Positions 12,351 through 24,279 of a stretch of 64,000 nt of DNA are shown piece after piece. Source of the DNA: Carcharhinus amblyrhynchos (Eukaryota); the NCBI GenBank assembly GCA_965287045.1, contig OZ336891.1:47120001-47184000 (forward strand), read 5' to 3'. The position numbers were made by a program, and so were the translations under genes. Position 1 is the first letter of the stretch. Each line of letters starts with the position of its first letter. The notes beneath the pieces are model-generated. The model was given only the letters and a program-made list of their open reading frames with translations, was not told where the DNA came from and made no database searches.

Positions 12351-13419
12351 TTTCAAAGAAGCTTCAGAAACCTGACAAGAAATGGTCGAGATAAATCAAT
12401 AAGATATCTCAATGCCAAATGTATGTTCATCACAAGTGTTTTGTGCATGCTTTGCTTATTAGCTCAAACACTGCAAGTTACAGCTTACATTTAAAAACAA
12501 ACATCTATGTTGGGACCAGTAACTTTTCAACTCCTGACTCTACAACATCAGCACAAAATCCAAGTTCAGGTCTGTTGGAACTGCTAATATTGCCACTAGA
12601 AGTATATAGTGACAAACAGCTACTGGATATACCCTAAATTTCCTATTAAAAATAAAAAAAAGCTAGAAGTAGACAACAGATCCATCACCTGAAAAACAAG
12701 AGTAGTTTTTTGGGATGGAGCTGCTCTAGAAAAATGTCATAAACAAATAAATTTAACCAACTGCCACTGATGGAAACCATTTGTCAGAAATCCAACCATG
12801 CTTCAGTTCCAAATCATTGGCACAATGCAGTGCCGTGACTCTTATTACAGACAGTAGCACCACTATTTGTGGAGCAGACTTGGAGGTTTCAATAGCCCCC
12901 ACCTGTTCTGTCTGTACAGTATTATATCAATTCCTTTAATCTCATGGGCTGACCAGTGGAACTGTTATTTATTAAGCACAGAGACAAATCTTTCTGGTCA
13001 AATCACTGAGTGCATAGAGTGCTTCCACTCAAATAAAAGTTTACTTTAAGTAAATGTTACAAAGCCATACAACAACTATAGCAGCTTGTCACTATCAAGT
13101 GAAATATAGCACTTCCATCAACTTCTAAAGCATCGTTTTCTTTGTTGTTTTCAAGAATTCATGCCTTCTCCTCATGGAGGAGATCTTCACACAAGCCTGT
13201 TTCTGGTTTATACATTCGTATTAGGGGTAGAGAGGAAAATAGAGTTGAAGATGCTCTTTATCAAAGTGTCAGAGAAGTCAATTAGCTGAATAGCCACTTT
13301 CTGCACTGTAAGGATTCTATGAAAATGGTAGAGCAGCCTTGAGGGGGTAACTGGCCCTTAATAAGTTTAAAAATGCATGTGCACAAAGTTTTGACATGAG
13401 CCACTGTTTATGCAATTAG

Positions 13420-13700
13420 GGCAACGTAGTGGCTCATGCTGTTCAGTGCCAGGGACCCAATTCCAGCCTCGAGTTTGCACATTTTCCCTGTTTGTGTGCA
13501 TTTCCTCTAGGTGCTCCAGTTTCTTCCCACACTCCAAAAATGTGCAGGTTAGATAGACTCTGCATTCTAAATTACCCATGACAGGGGGATTAGCAGGGTA
13601 ATTACATGGGATTATAGGGATAAGGCCTTGGTGGGATTGTTGTCAGCACAGGTTCAATGGGCCAAACAGCCACCTTCTATATTGTAGAGATTCTATAAAT
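13420..13700 (+). mobile_element. HE1-like SINE, tail a
   Basis: gagtttgcacattttccctg...gtttcctctaggtgctccagtttc...attgtagagattctat. Confidence 0.85.
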
Positions 13701-15179
13701 AAAATGAACAGGGATACTTATTCAGGAACTGAACAGAAATAATTCAGAAAAATGCAACAGCAAGCTCTTTACTGTTATAGCTGTTGCCTTAAAAATGGGT
13801 TCCAGCATACAAGTGAATCAAAACAAATTACTTAAGGCCTTACACTTCAACTGATAACAAGAACACAATAGTCATAACTACTTCAACATTTGTTACATAG
13901 ACACTGTCATCTTCTGGGGCAGTTTGAGCAGAAATCAGTTAAAAATCAAAATTCAAACCAAAACCTTTGAAGAGAACTATGCCTTGGGGGTCAAACGCTT
14001 GTAGTTTCTTTTTATAAAGAAAGGAATTCACAACAAAATACCCTCTCTAGCTCAGAGATGGCCTGCAAGTACTATTTTCCATCACACTGAAGTGAGTTTA
14101 AACAGACTCAAACCATAGTGCCACAATATCACATTGATAGGTCATTGGATCAAAAAAGGTATTCACTTGAGGCATTTATAGCTGATCAAGTACAGTATTA
14201 TCAATTTAAAGAAATGGCTATTTCTAGAAATGGAAACTCAATGTTTTTTCCCCCCAGAGTTATACCAAAACTGTGATCTAAAATATTTCCCCCTGATCTC
14301 AAGGACTATAAATTGGAAAATAAAATTACCAGACTGCATTGAAAGATATGAACAGAATATAGTTAGAATAAATGTTAACTTTCCTGATCTCCCTTATTGA
14401 TGTATTTTCTTCCTACCATCTTGATTACTTGTTCAATGAGCACTACTGTTACCATCAATTTATTCTAACCAAGTTTAATAAGGTAGCAGCCAGCCATCAC
14501 ATCAGCCCCTCCTCTATCCAAGCACACAACTTAGAGAATTAGTTCTTTCAATAAAAGGGAAAATTCTTTAATTTGAGCCAACATTTAAAGCAAATGATTG
14601 TCATTAATATTTTCCAGTAGCAGTGTCAAATTCTTGAGCAAAACATTTTAAAGCAGGCTACTGTGGTGTAATATTATTTGATAACAGTTGGACTTTGTTC
14701 CAACTCATTAAAGTTAATTGTAATATCCCCTAATTGATTGCAATAGCCATTTCTTCAAAAGGCAAATTAACTTTCAAACTGATTCAAGGACATCCTGCCA
14801 CAGGAACATTTTTAGATCCTGCAGCATTTTTGGCAGTATTTTCCACTATGTCTCACCCACTAGTCAAATATTCCTGCACAACCTTCCAGGTGCATTTATT
14901 TAAACTCAGGGCGTTTCCCCCACCCCGAATCATACCAAAAAAATTTTTTTTTTTCCACAATATTTTTCCAGTGCTGCTGGCGAATTACAGAACACCCACA
15001 GAGTGACCAGAACCAATATTCAAACCTGCTTCCACAGCAATGAAAGCCACTCTGTAAAAAGCAATAACTTTGCTGCCAGACAGCCTGTTTACACAGGGGA
15101 ATGGTTGTTGATAACTAGCCGGTGATGAAAGCTCTCTGCACAAAGCCCATTCCCCCCACCCTCACAATCTCCCACCACA

Positions 15180-15550
15180 GTGAACGGTGCCTGCGCCGCT
15201 CCGTGTGGCCTGTAAAGCCGCGGTGAGCGGTATTCTCACTGACCAGTGAAAACCCCATCGCCAGGCTGGATCCAGGACAGCGTCTCCTCCCCAACAACCA
15301 GCCTTCACTCTCCCACAAACCCCTGCGTCTTATACGCACGCGCACTCCGCCGGGCGGCACCCGCCAGGGCGGAGACAGCGCCAACTCTCGCCTGGGAGGA
15401 CTCGGCGCAGCTCGGAGGCTGCGCAGGAGGGCGGGCCGGGAGGACTCCTCTGTTCAGGGATGGCGCCACCCGTGGGCTAGGAGGACTCAGCGCAGCTCGG
15501 GGACAGCGCCACCAGCGGCTGGGAGGACTCATCTCTGTTTGGAGACACTG
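15180..15550 (-). promoter_or_regulatory. cyb5r1: CpG-island promoter / 5' UTR of cyb5r1
   Basis: Strongly CpG-rich non-TE segment; GC boxes (gggcgg 15347-15372, 15428); cgcacgcgca element; overlaps the first coding exon. Confidence 0.8.
15244..15258 (-). CDS. cyb5r1: NADH-cytochrome b5 reductase 1, coding part of exon 1 (MGFSL)
   Basis: gcgATGG Kozak context, ATGGGGTTTTCACTG|gtcagt; phase 0 joins exon 2 to give MGFSLTS (Gly2, Thr6 myristoylation-type motif); 55 aa through exon 2, equal to human CYB5R1 as recalled. Confidence 0.8.
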
Positions 15551-15869
15551 TTGGCACTATCTGTAACCCCCATAACTTGCCTGGGTTTGCTAAACCTCAC
15601 TTACTGTCTGGAGTCAACACACATCTCTTTAACCTGTGCTCAGTGCTCTTTCCACTCACATTGTTGGCCACTTTAAGACTTGAATAGCAGGTTAGGTGTA
15701 AAGATTCGCATTCTAATCAGTACTCTGTAAATTTTCTGTGCTGTTATCTGCTCTGTCTGAGGCCAGAACTCTCCATTCACCTGACAAAGGGACAAACCTC
15801 GAAAGCTTGTGACTTTACTATCAAATAAATCGGTTGGACTGAAACCTGGTGTTGTCAGACTTCTTACTG
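15551..15869 (+). mobile_element. Penelope-like element 3' fragment (pseudo-LTR) with 11-bp TSD
   Basis: Matches 38360-38680; TSD tggagacactg at 15540-15550 and 15870-15880; degenerate hammerhead ctgacaa...gaaagctt at 15777-15812. Confidence 0.85.
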
Positions 15870-16130
15870 TGGAGACACTGCCCCCAGCGGCTGGGAGGAT
15901 TCATTGCAGCAGCAAACAAACACTGTTGTTTGCATTTACCAGAGCCCCTTTACTGCATGAGGACACCCTGTTAGGTCTGGCCATGTACGGAACACGCCTA
16001 TTTAACCAGATTCCATACATGCTGGAACCTGAAACCTGGGGCAGCATCACAGTAATGTCCAGAGGTTCTGGCTAATACTGTGGGGGCATTGGTTCAAATC
16101 CCACTGCAGCAGCTGGTGGGAAGGATTTGG

Positions 16131-16398
16131 GGGCAGCATTGTGGCACGGTGGTTCGCACTGCTGTGCCACAGCGCCAGGGACCTGGGTTTGATTCCAGCC
16201 TCGGGTCACTATTGCACATTCTCCCTGTGTGGGTTTCCTCTGGGTGTTCCCATATCCTCCCACAGTCCAAAGATGTGTGGGTTAGGTGCATTGGTCACAC
16301 TAAATGTTTGGGGTTATGGGGATAAGATGCTCCGTTGAAGAGTCAATGCAGGCTCAATGGGCTGAATGGCCTCCTTCTGCATGGTAAGGATTCTATGA
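16131..16398 (+). mobile_element. HE1-like SINE, tail a, preceded by a family-2 SINE head (16040-16120)
   Basis: gtggcacggtggttcgcactgctg...gaatggcctccttctgcatggtaaggattctatga. Confidence 0.88.
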
Positions 16399-16399
16399 A

Positions 16400-16497
16400 A
16401 CAACAATAGAAAATGCTGGAAAATCTCAGCAGGTCTGACAGCATCTATGGAGAGAGAATAGAGCCAACGTTTCCAGTCTGGATGACCCTTTGTCAGA
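16400..16497 (-). mobile_element. Non-autonomous Penelope-type pLTR fragment (second family) with degenerate hammerhead
   Basis: Minus strand ctgacaaagggtcatccagactggaaacgtt...gacctgctgagattttccagcattt. Confidence 0.6.
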
Positions 16498-16639
16498 CAC
16501 TATGCACTGTTGACACATTCTGGGACGGTGGAGAGAGAATGGGATTCCAGGGGACAGATTTTCAACTTGTCTCTGGTGCCGCTGGCAAATTTTGCATGTA
16601 TTGTCCAGCCCCAGTTGGCTGCCTCTTGCCACTATGTGA

Positions 16640-17060
16640 ATAGGAATAGTTTCTTCCATGTATGCTGTCCAAACTCTTTATGATTTCCAACACCTCCAAA
16701 TGTCCTCTTAATCTTCCCTTTTCCAATGAGAACAGCACAGCTTCTCCAATCTATTCTCATCACTGAGGTTACATCTGGAACCATTCTTGTGGATCTTTCC
16801 TGATGCTTTGCCATTACCTTCACATTTTAGTTGCCCATCAACTATTGACTCTAAATGTTGCATTAAGTTTGAAATCATCAAAACGAGAAGCAGGAGGAGG
16901 CCATTTGGCCCTTCGATCTTGCTCTGCCATTCATTATGATCATGGCTGATCATCAAATTCAATATCCTGATTCCCCCTATGAACTCTTGATCCCTTTAGC
17001 TCCTATTTTCTTGAAATCGCACAGTGTTTTAGCCTCAATTACTTTCTGTGGTAGTCAATT
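16640..17060 (-). mobile_element. CR1 fragments
   Basis: Reverse complement QERSTRMVP, LEKL, WELTTTES, plus CR1 3' UTR. Confidence 0.65.
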
Positions 17061-17494
17061 CCATCCTTATTTTCAAATCTCTCCATGGCCGAACAATATG
17101 GGCAGGATCGACCTGAGGCTGGAAAATCCTGCCTGAGGTAATGGACCTTCCCATTGTCCGCCCCATCGCCCGCTCTGATTCCTGTGGTGGGTGGGGTGGT
17201 AGAATTCCAGCGTATATCTGTACAACTTTCTCCAGTATTATTTTCTTTATCCGACCCCTCAGTCCTCTGCCTGCGTCCTCTAGCTCTTTCATTCCACTAC
17301 TTCCTGCATGCTGGCACTAATTCCAGGTGCACCCACCTTGAATCCCAAAATCTCTCCAAGTTCTTTTCCAGTTTTAAAATGTTTTCAAAGCCCACTTTCA
17401 AACAAACCTTTTGTCACCTCTGTTTATATTGCTCCGTGGCTTAACATCAATTCTTCTTCAATCTCTACTTGTATTTTCAGAGAACACTATGGTC

Positions 17495-18640
17495 CGTAAC
17501 TTCCCGGCTCTCCAGATTTGGGGGATACTGCAAAGGTGTACTGGGGAATCCATCTCAGAGGTTCTCAGGTAAGGCTGTATGGGGCAATTGTCCAGAAGGG
17601 TTAACTTCCCCTGGCCAATTATGCTGAGCTGGGAACCATCCTATCGCTAACTTTAGGTGGTTCTGCTAATAGTTGCTGGATGGCCTACTCCTGCTCCTAT
17701 TTCTTATGTTCTTATGTTCTTATGTGAAGAGACTGAAGAGGTGAGGGCAACACCAATAGTGGTGCACAGTCCCTGATATGCCACTCTGCCAGGGCAGACA
17801 GGTTCCACCCTCCATTTCTATGCTGAGCTGGACAGCACTGTGCTGCTGGACCCACTCCTGTGTCACTGTCTCTGTTCAGTATTGCGCCTGGGGTTGGGGA
17901 GTACAGAGGTCTCCTTCCCCGAGGTGCCACACTCCAGTGCCTACCTGGACAGCGCTGCGCTATGGACACATGCAGCCACCACAACAAAGGTTCAAAGGAT
18001 GACCAGGAGTGGAGTGTTAGTCCTGGGAGAGGCAGTGAAGGGAATGTGGCCTAATGAGGACAAGGGGGGCACTGTGGAAGGACGGCTGTGTAGGGGAGTT
18101 GGGAGAATGGGGAGCTGCAGAGGGGAATGTGCGAAGGCTCACGCTGGCATGGAGAGGGGCAAGGAGATGAATGAAGGAGGTGAACAATGGACGGCAGAGG
18201 GAAGACCGAGGAGAGGGAAGCTGGGCCCCGACAAGGCTGCATGTAAAGCTCATAAACAAGAGGGTCAAAATGATACCACATTGTTTACTGGAAGGGGATG
18301 CAGGAAGACACCTGATGTGGTGGACAGATGTCCAACTGGGACATGGGCACCTCACAGGGCTCGACAGGGAGGTAGTTGAATCAAGGAACAGATTCCTTCT
18401 TGAGGCTGCTGGCCCCTCTGGGCTGCGAACACCCTGAGCGGACTGGTGAAGACAGGTGGGCTGGAGAGAGTGATGTGAGTGTGCTGGACTGCTAATTAAA
18501 TATGGCGCTGCGACCCTTTGAACACATCAGCCGAGGGAGGGTGGGCGAATCAGCTGCTGGCCTGCGAGGTGACCCAGAGGGAACTCCCTTGTGCACAGAA
18601 TCTGGTGCAGGATCTGCCATTATGGACATTTACTGTCAGA
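17495..18640. mobile_element. GC-rich non-autonomous DNA transposon (Harbinger-type) remnant carrying a tiny CR1 tail at 17675-17725
   Basis: GC/G-rich interior like the other MITEs; gatggcctactcctgctcctatttcttatgttcttatgttcttatg. Confidence 0.4.
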
Positions 18641-18659
18641 GCCACCCACCACACCACAC

Positions 18660-19193
18660 TTACATCTCAGCTACGACTCTCACCAACTTTTACAGAGGCA
18701 CCATAGAAAACATTCTTTCTGGTTGTATCACAGCTTGGTCTGGGCTCCTGCTCTGCCCAAGACCGCAAGGAACTACAAAAGGTTATGAATCTAGCCCAAT
18801 CTATCACTCAGACCAGCCTCCCATCCATTGACTCTGGCCACACTTCCCACTGCCTCGGCAAAGCAGCCGGCATACTTAAGGACCCCACGCACCCTGGACA
18901 TTCTCTCTTCCATCTTCTTCCTTTGGGAAAAAGATACAAAAAAGTCTGAGGTCACGTACCAACCGACTCAAGAACAGCTTCTCCCCTGCTGCTGTCAGAC
19001 TTTTGAATGAACTTACCTCGCCTTAAGTTGATCTTTCTCTACACCCTAGCTATGACTGTAACACTACATTCTGCACTTTCTGGTTTCCTTCTCTATGAAC
19101 AGTATGCTTTGTCTGTACAGCGCTCAAGAAACAACACTTTTCACTGTATGTTAATACATGTGACAATAATAAATCAAATCAAATCAAATCAAA
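18660..19193 (+). mobile_element. Rex1/Babar LINE 3' end
   Basis: LTNFYRGTIENILSGCITAW, HPGHSLFHLL, RLKNSF; (aatca)n tail. Confidence 0.88.
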
Positions 19194-19199
19194 CTTAGT

Positions 19200-19660
19200 C
19201 TCAAGATGGGGAAATTGTATTTGACCTGATTCTCAGTAATTATTCACCTAACATGCATTACACAGCATCTTTTTCTTTGATTCAACATAATCTATCTCCC
19301 TCGACATCCAAAGAAGCCTAACTTTAGTTCCCCTATTTTTCCCTCTCATTAGAATGTATCGAGCCTGTAACTGAAACTTCTCTTCCTTCAAGATCACCCA
19401 TTGTTCCGTTATAGTTTGTCCTTGTCTTGCCTCTCTTTCCCGGCGTTATCGTACCTTCTCTAATCAACACCGCCTGCCTTTTTTGTTCCCCTGTTTTTTC
19501 TGAACGCAGTGAATGTGATGCGCCCAGCCTGCACCATTGTTAAGCCATCTTTCTGTTATTGCCACTGCCTCATATTCCCACACGGCCATTTGTGTTCACC
19601 AACCATATTCACCATGCTTTGTGTGTTTATATCACAGTGCCAGTCACTGCGGTAATCTGA
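19200..19660 (-). mobile_element. Old CR1 endonuclease fragment
   Basis: Minus strand INTQSM...WEYEAVAITERWL...FRKNRG..K.GGV. Confidence 0.65.
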
Positions 19661-19671
19661 GAAGGAGAATA

Positions 19672-20222
19672 TGTGGGTTAGGTTGATTGACCACGCCAAA
19701 TTGATCCTTAGTCATGAGGACTCGCTAGGATAAGTGCATGAGGTTATGGGATAGGACCTGGGTGGGATTGTTGTCGGTGCAGGCTCAATGGACCAAATGG
19801 CCAAGAAAGATGAGTGGGGATCTTCTTGAAACTTACAGGATACTGCGAGCCCTGGATAGAGTGGACACGGAGAGGGTGTTTCCACTAGTAGGAAAAGCTA
19901 GAACCAGAGGGCACAACCTCAGGCTAAAGGGGATGATCCTTTAAAACAGAGATGAGGAGGAATTTCTTCAGCCAGAGAGCGGGGAATCTGTGGAACTCTT
20001 TGCCGCAGAAGGCTGTGGAGGCCGGGTCATTGAGTGTCTTTAAGACAGAGATAGATAGGGTCTTGGTTAATGAAAGGATCAGGAGTTATGGGGAAAAGGC
20101 AGGAGAATGGGGATGAGAAAAATATCAGCCATGATTGAATGGCGGAACAGACTCGATGGGCCGAGTGGCCTAATTCTGTTCCTATGTCTTATGGTCTTCT
20201 GCACTATAGATTCTATGATTCT
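19672..20222 (+). mobile_element. SINE 3' half (tail a) split by a CR1 3' fragment (19805-20197)
   Basis: SINE ...ggaccaaatggcc | CR1 MSGDLLETYRIL...ttcctatgtcttatggtct | tctgcactatagattctatgattc. Confidence 0.85.
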
Positions 20223-20539
20223 GAGAAATCAGAATAAAAGTTTGATGTAATACACAACAATTGTAGTTCATTGGTTAAGCACTGGATGTCACTGTTCAGC
20301 TGTTTATTCAGAAGACCCTGAGGCATGCTCTTAAACAGACAGTAATGGTTAAAGCAAAAGATTTATTGTAGGATTTTGCTTCTTAACATTCAAAAGCCCT
20401 CACTGCATTTGGGACTAATTATACAAAATTACACAATTAGTGCTCTTAAAATTGCTGGTTTACCTTAGGGTTCCTGAAGAAATAAAGATTATGCTCTGTG
20501 AATCACCACTTATTGAACTACACAATTATAGAGTGAAGG

Positions 20540-21218
20540 GGAGTTGGTGGCCTCACTGGACTGGTAATGTAGAGATGTAGGTCCTGGGAACATGTGTTCA
20601 AATTCCATCATGGCAGCTGGTGGCATTTAAGTTCAATGAATAAATCTGGGATATAAAGCCAGCTTCAGTAAAGACCACCATGAAACTATCACTGACCCAT
20701 CTGATTCACTAGTGTTCTTTAGGAAACAAAATCTGCCTTCATCATTCAGTTTGATTAACATGTGATTCCAGATCCACAGCAATGTTGGTGGCAAGGCAGC
20801 ACAGTCATTAGCACTGCTGCCTCAGGGACCCGGGTTTGATTCCCGGCTTAGGTCACTGTCTCTAAGGACTCTGCACATTCTCCCCGTGTCTGCGTGGGTT
20901 TTCTCCGGGTGCTCCGGTTTCCTCCCACACTCCGAAATATGTGCTGGTCAAGTGCATTGGCCGTGCTAAATTCTCCCTCAGTGTACCCAAACAGGTGCCG
21001 GAGTGTGGTGATTAGGGGATTTTCACAGTAACTTCATTGCAGTGTTAATGCCAGCCCACTTGTGACAATAAAAAACAAATTTTAAGATCTTTTACGTGGT
21101 TGACTCTTTGCTCTCCCTTGAACGCACCTAGAAAGTCATCCAGTCCACAGGCAGTTAGGGACGGCAACAAATGCTGGCCTTGGCAACAGTGACCACATCA
21201 CATGAAAGAATAAAAACA
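20540..21218 (+). mobile_element. Family-2 tRNA-SINE interrupted by a HE1-like SINE with tail b (20790-21075)
   Basis: cactggactggtaat...gttcaaattccatcatggcagctggtgg; resumes gtggttgactct...aaatgctggcc...gaataaaaa. Confidence 0.85.
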
Positions 21219-21522
21219 ACTCACAGACTGAGAGAGGCCCCTGTGGTGGCTGTATTTATAAGCCAGTCTGTACTGGAAAATTATATGTCTTCACTTATAA
21301 CAAGTTACTAAAGAAAGATCATAGGAAGATATACAGTATTATTACTCTGAAAGAAAATCTCACCGTGACTTCTCGAGGGGATGGATGGAAATCATTAACT
21401 TAGTCTAATTTTGGGAGGAAGTTACAAAGTTAGTGCATGATGGGAGCCCAGTAAATTTCCATATCTTAAAAATAACTTTCACTAAGATGCAGCAAACAGA
21501 CAGAACAATGAACCACCATTTT

Positions 21523-21870
21523 AAAACTTCATTTGTGGGACATGGGCGTTGCTGGCTAGCCAGCATTTATTGCCCATTTCTCGTTGCCCGAGGGTAGCTG
21601 AGAGTCAGCCACATTCCTGTGTCTCTGGAAACACATGTAGGCCAGACCGGGTAAGGACAGCAGATTTCCTTCCCTAAAGGACATTAGAGAACCAGATGGG
21701 TTTTTCCAACAATCGACAATTGTTATCAGTAGATTCTTAATTCCAGATTTTTTTTATTGAACTCAAATTTCACCATCTGCCATGGTGGGATTCGAACCCG
21801 GGTCTCCAGAATAATTGCTGAGTTTCTGGACTAATAATCTAGCTATAATACCAACAGGCCATCACCTCCC
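21523..21870 (-). mobile_element. Family-2 tRNA-SINE
   Basis: gcatttattgccc...gtaaggacagcagatttccttccctaaaggacattag...gggattcgaacccggg. Confidence 0.88.
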
Positions 21871-21948
21871 CAATGCATTCGCTTCAACAGGAAGTAGTTA
21901 TTAATGGCAGAGACTGTACATGGTGACCAGCCTCATATAAAATTCTGA

Positions 21949-22068
21949 TGTGGAGATGCTGACATTAGACTTGGGGTGGGCACAGTAAGAAGTCTCACAA
22001 CACCAGGTTAAAGTCCAACAGGTTCATTGGAATCACGAGCTTTTGGAGCGCTGCCCCTTCATCAGGTG
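21949..22068 (-). mobile_element. 120-bp Penelope pLTR mini-copy with hammerhead core and 14-bp TSD
   Basis: TSD atataaaattctga at 21935-21948 and 22069-22082; minus strand cacctgatgaaggggcagcgctccaaaagctcgtg...gttggactttaacctggtgttgtgagacttcttactgtg. Confidence 0.85.
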
Positions 22069-22071
22069 ATA

Positions 22072-23940
22072 TAAAATTCTGAGAGGGCTGGACAGGCTGG
22101 ACGCAGGGATGTTGCTCCCTCTGGCTGAAGACTCACTGCCTCAGGATATGGGGTAGACCATTTAGGGCTGAACTGGGGAGAAATGTCTCCACTAAGAGGG
22201 TGGTGAACCTATGGAATTGTCTACCACAGAAAGCTGTGGAAGCCAAATCACTGCATATATTTATAAGGGAAATAGGTAAGTTTCTAGACTCTTAAGGAGT
22301 TAAGGGATATGGGCAGACTATGCTGGAGTATGGTGTTGAGATAAAGGAATGGCCATGTTCATACTGAATGGCAGAGCAGGCTCTAAGGGCTGAATGGTCT
22401 ACTCCTGCTTCTACTTTCCTATGTTTCGATGTTTCCATATCACTGACAGAACCCCATAGGGATCAGAGTTGGGCCACTGCTTTTCATCTCCTTGATAAAC
22501 GAGCTGAATGACAACGGGGGAGTTAATATCAAGATAGGTAGAAGGGGAAGTTGTGAAGGGGACTTACGGAATCTGTTAAGGGATGTAGGTAGGTTAAGTG
22601 GGTGGGCAGAAATCTGTCAGGTGGAGGGAAATGTGGGAAAATGTGGGGAAATGTGACCTTGTCCATTTTACAGGAAGAACAGGAAAGCACTACGCTATTT
22701 ACATGGAGGGTTATTGCAGAACTCGGCAGCGCAGAGGGATCTGAATTGTGGTACATGAATTAGTACTCAGGTACAGCAGGTGATCAGGAAGGTAAATGGA
22801 GATTGTCATTTATTACATTGGGAATGGAATATGTGAGTCAGAATGTTCTGCTACAGTTATACAGGGTGCTGGAAAGACCACATCTGAAATACTTAGTACA
22901 ATTTTGGTCTCCTTACTCAAGAAAGCTGAGCTTAGTGAGATATATGTAAGGTCCTGAGGGGACTGGACAGGGTGGGTACTGAGGGGATGTTTCCCCTTGA
23001 AGAGGAGACTAGAACCAGGGGGCACAATTTTAAAATAAGGGGCCTCCCAATTAAAGAGGAGATGAGGATTTTATTTTCTCCGAGTGTTGTTAATTTGTAG
23101 AATTCTCTTCCCAAGAGAGGAGTGGAGGCTGGGTCATTGAATATTTTTTAAGGTTGGGTTGGATAACTTCTTGACTGATGAGGCAGTCAAAAGTTATTGG
23201 GGTTCATAGAGTCATAGAGTCAAAGAGTGCAGAAGAAGGCCATTCGGCCCATCAAGTCTATACCGACCACAATCCCACCCAGGGTTTGACAGGGAAATAG
23301 AGTTGAGGTCACACTGATCTGATCATGGATCAGCCTCAAGGGGCCAAATGGCTTAGCCCTGCATCCATATTGTGTGTGTATGCTTGTGTATAATGCAAAG
23401 CTATGTATGCATGTAAGGAATTTGGATGAGAAAGGTAAATGGGAGACAGATCTGGATGCAGTGGGTGAATGGGCTGAAAGCTCACAGATCTGGAGATCTT
23501 TCATCCTAGCGAAATGAATGGAAACTTTAACCATGGACACGCTGTGCAGGATTGCCCGTTCAAACCGAGAGTGAAAAGGTTCTTGGCTTTGTGGTACATG
23601 ATTCCTCAAAGGTCCATAACCAGTACTGAGACTTGTGGAAGCGTGTTAGAATATACTTCCAGGGCAATTAAATATATCACAAGAAACACTATCCTTTATT
23701 TGTACATCCTTTATTGTCAGGCTATGTCTGGAATCTATAAGGAGTGATGGGTCCCATCACATGGTGGGAGGTGAAACTGCTGGAAGAGTTTGAAAGGAGG
23801 GTGACCAGTCCATATTTAGTTTAAGCGACCTTTCCAAGTCAGCTCTGAGAGCTGGGGCTGTTCAATTTGTAACAGTGTAGGTTTTGAGAAAATTTGATTG
23901 AAATCTTTGAAAGAATGAAAAGATGAACGCAGGTCCAAGT
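22072..23940 (+). mobile_element. Cluster of decayed CR1 fragments (with SINE tail at 23205-23282 on the minus strand)
   Basis: RVVNLWN, SELGPLLF, LYRVLERPHLKY, RTRGHNFKI motifs in successive fragments. Confidence 0.75.
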
Positions 23941-24279
23941 GTGCTAGGGGATTTTCACACTAACTTGTAGTGTGAATGTAAGCCTACTTGTGATTAATAA
24001 ATAAACTTTAACTTTAAGTGTACAGGATAGTTCAGCTGATAGATTAGTGAGGACTCTGAAATATGTGGCCCAAATCATTTGCCATACTTGTATTCTGTAT
24101 TGACTGATGCCAGCTTCAAAATGAGTGAAACATTGACAATACTTCAGCACAAACCACAGAATTATTTAAGAGTGCAGCTTTGGATACAAGGCAGATTGTG
24201 CATATGTTCCATTCAACAAGGATAACTCATTTTCTTTGAATAAATGATGTATAAAACATGTACATTCATCACATTGAAT

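Noticed and set aside
19490-19655. Apparent plus-strand Cys/His-rich exon with good splice sites
   Set aside because: It is the antisense of a decayed CR1 endonuclease fragment.
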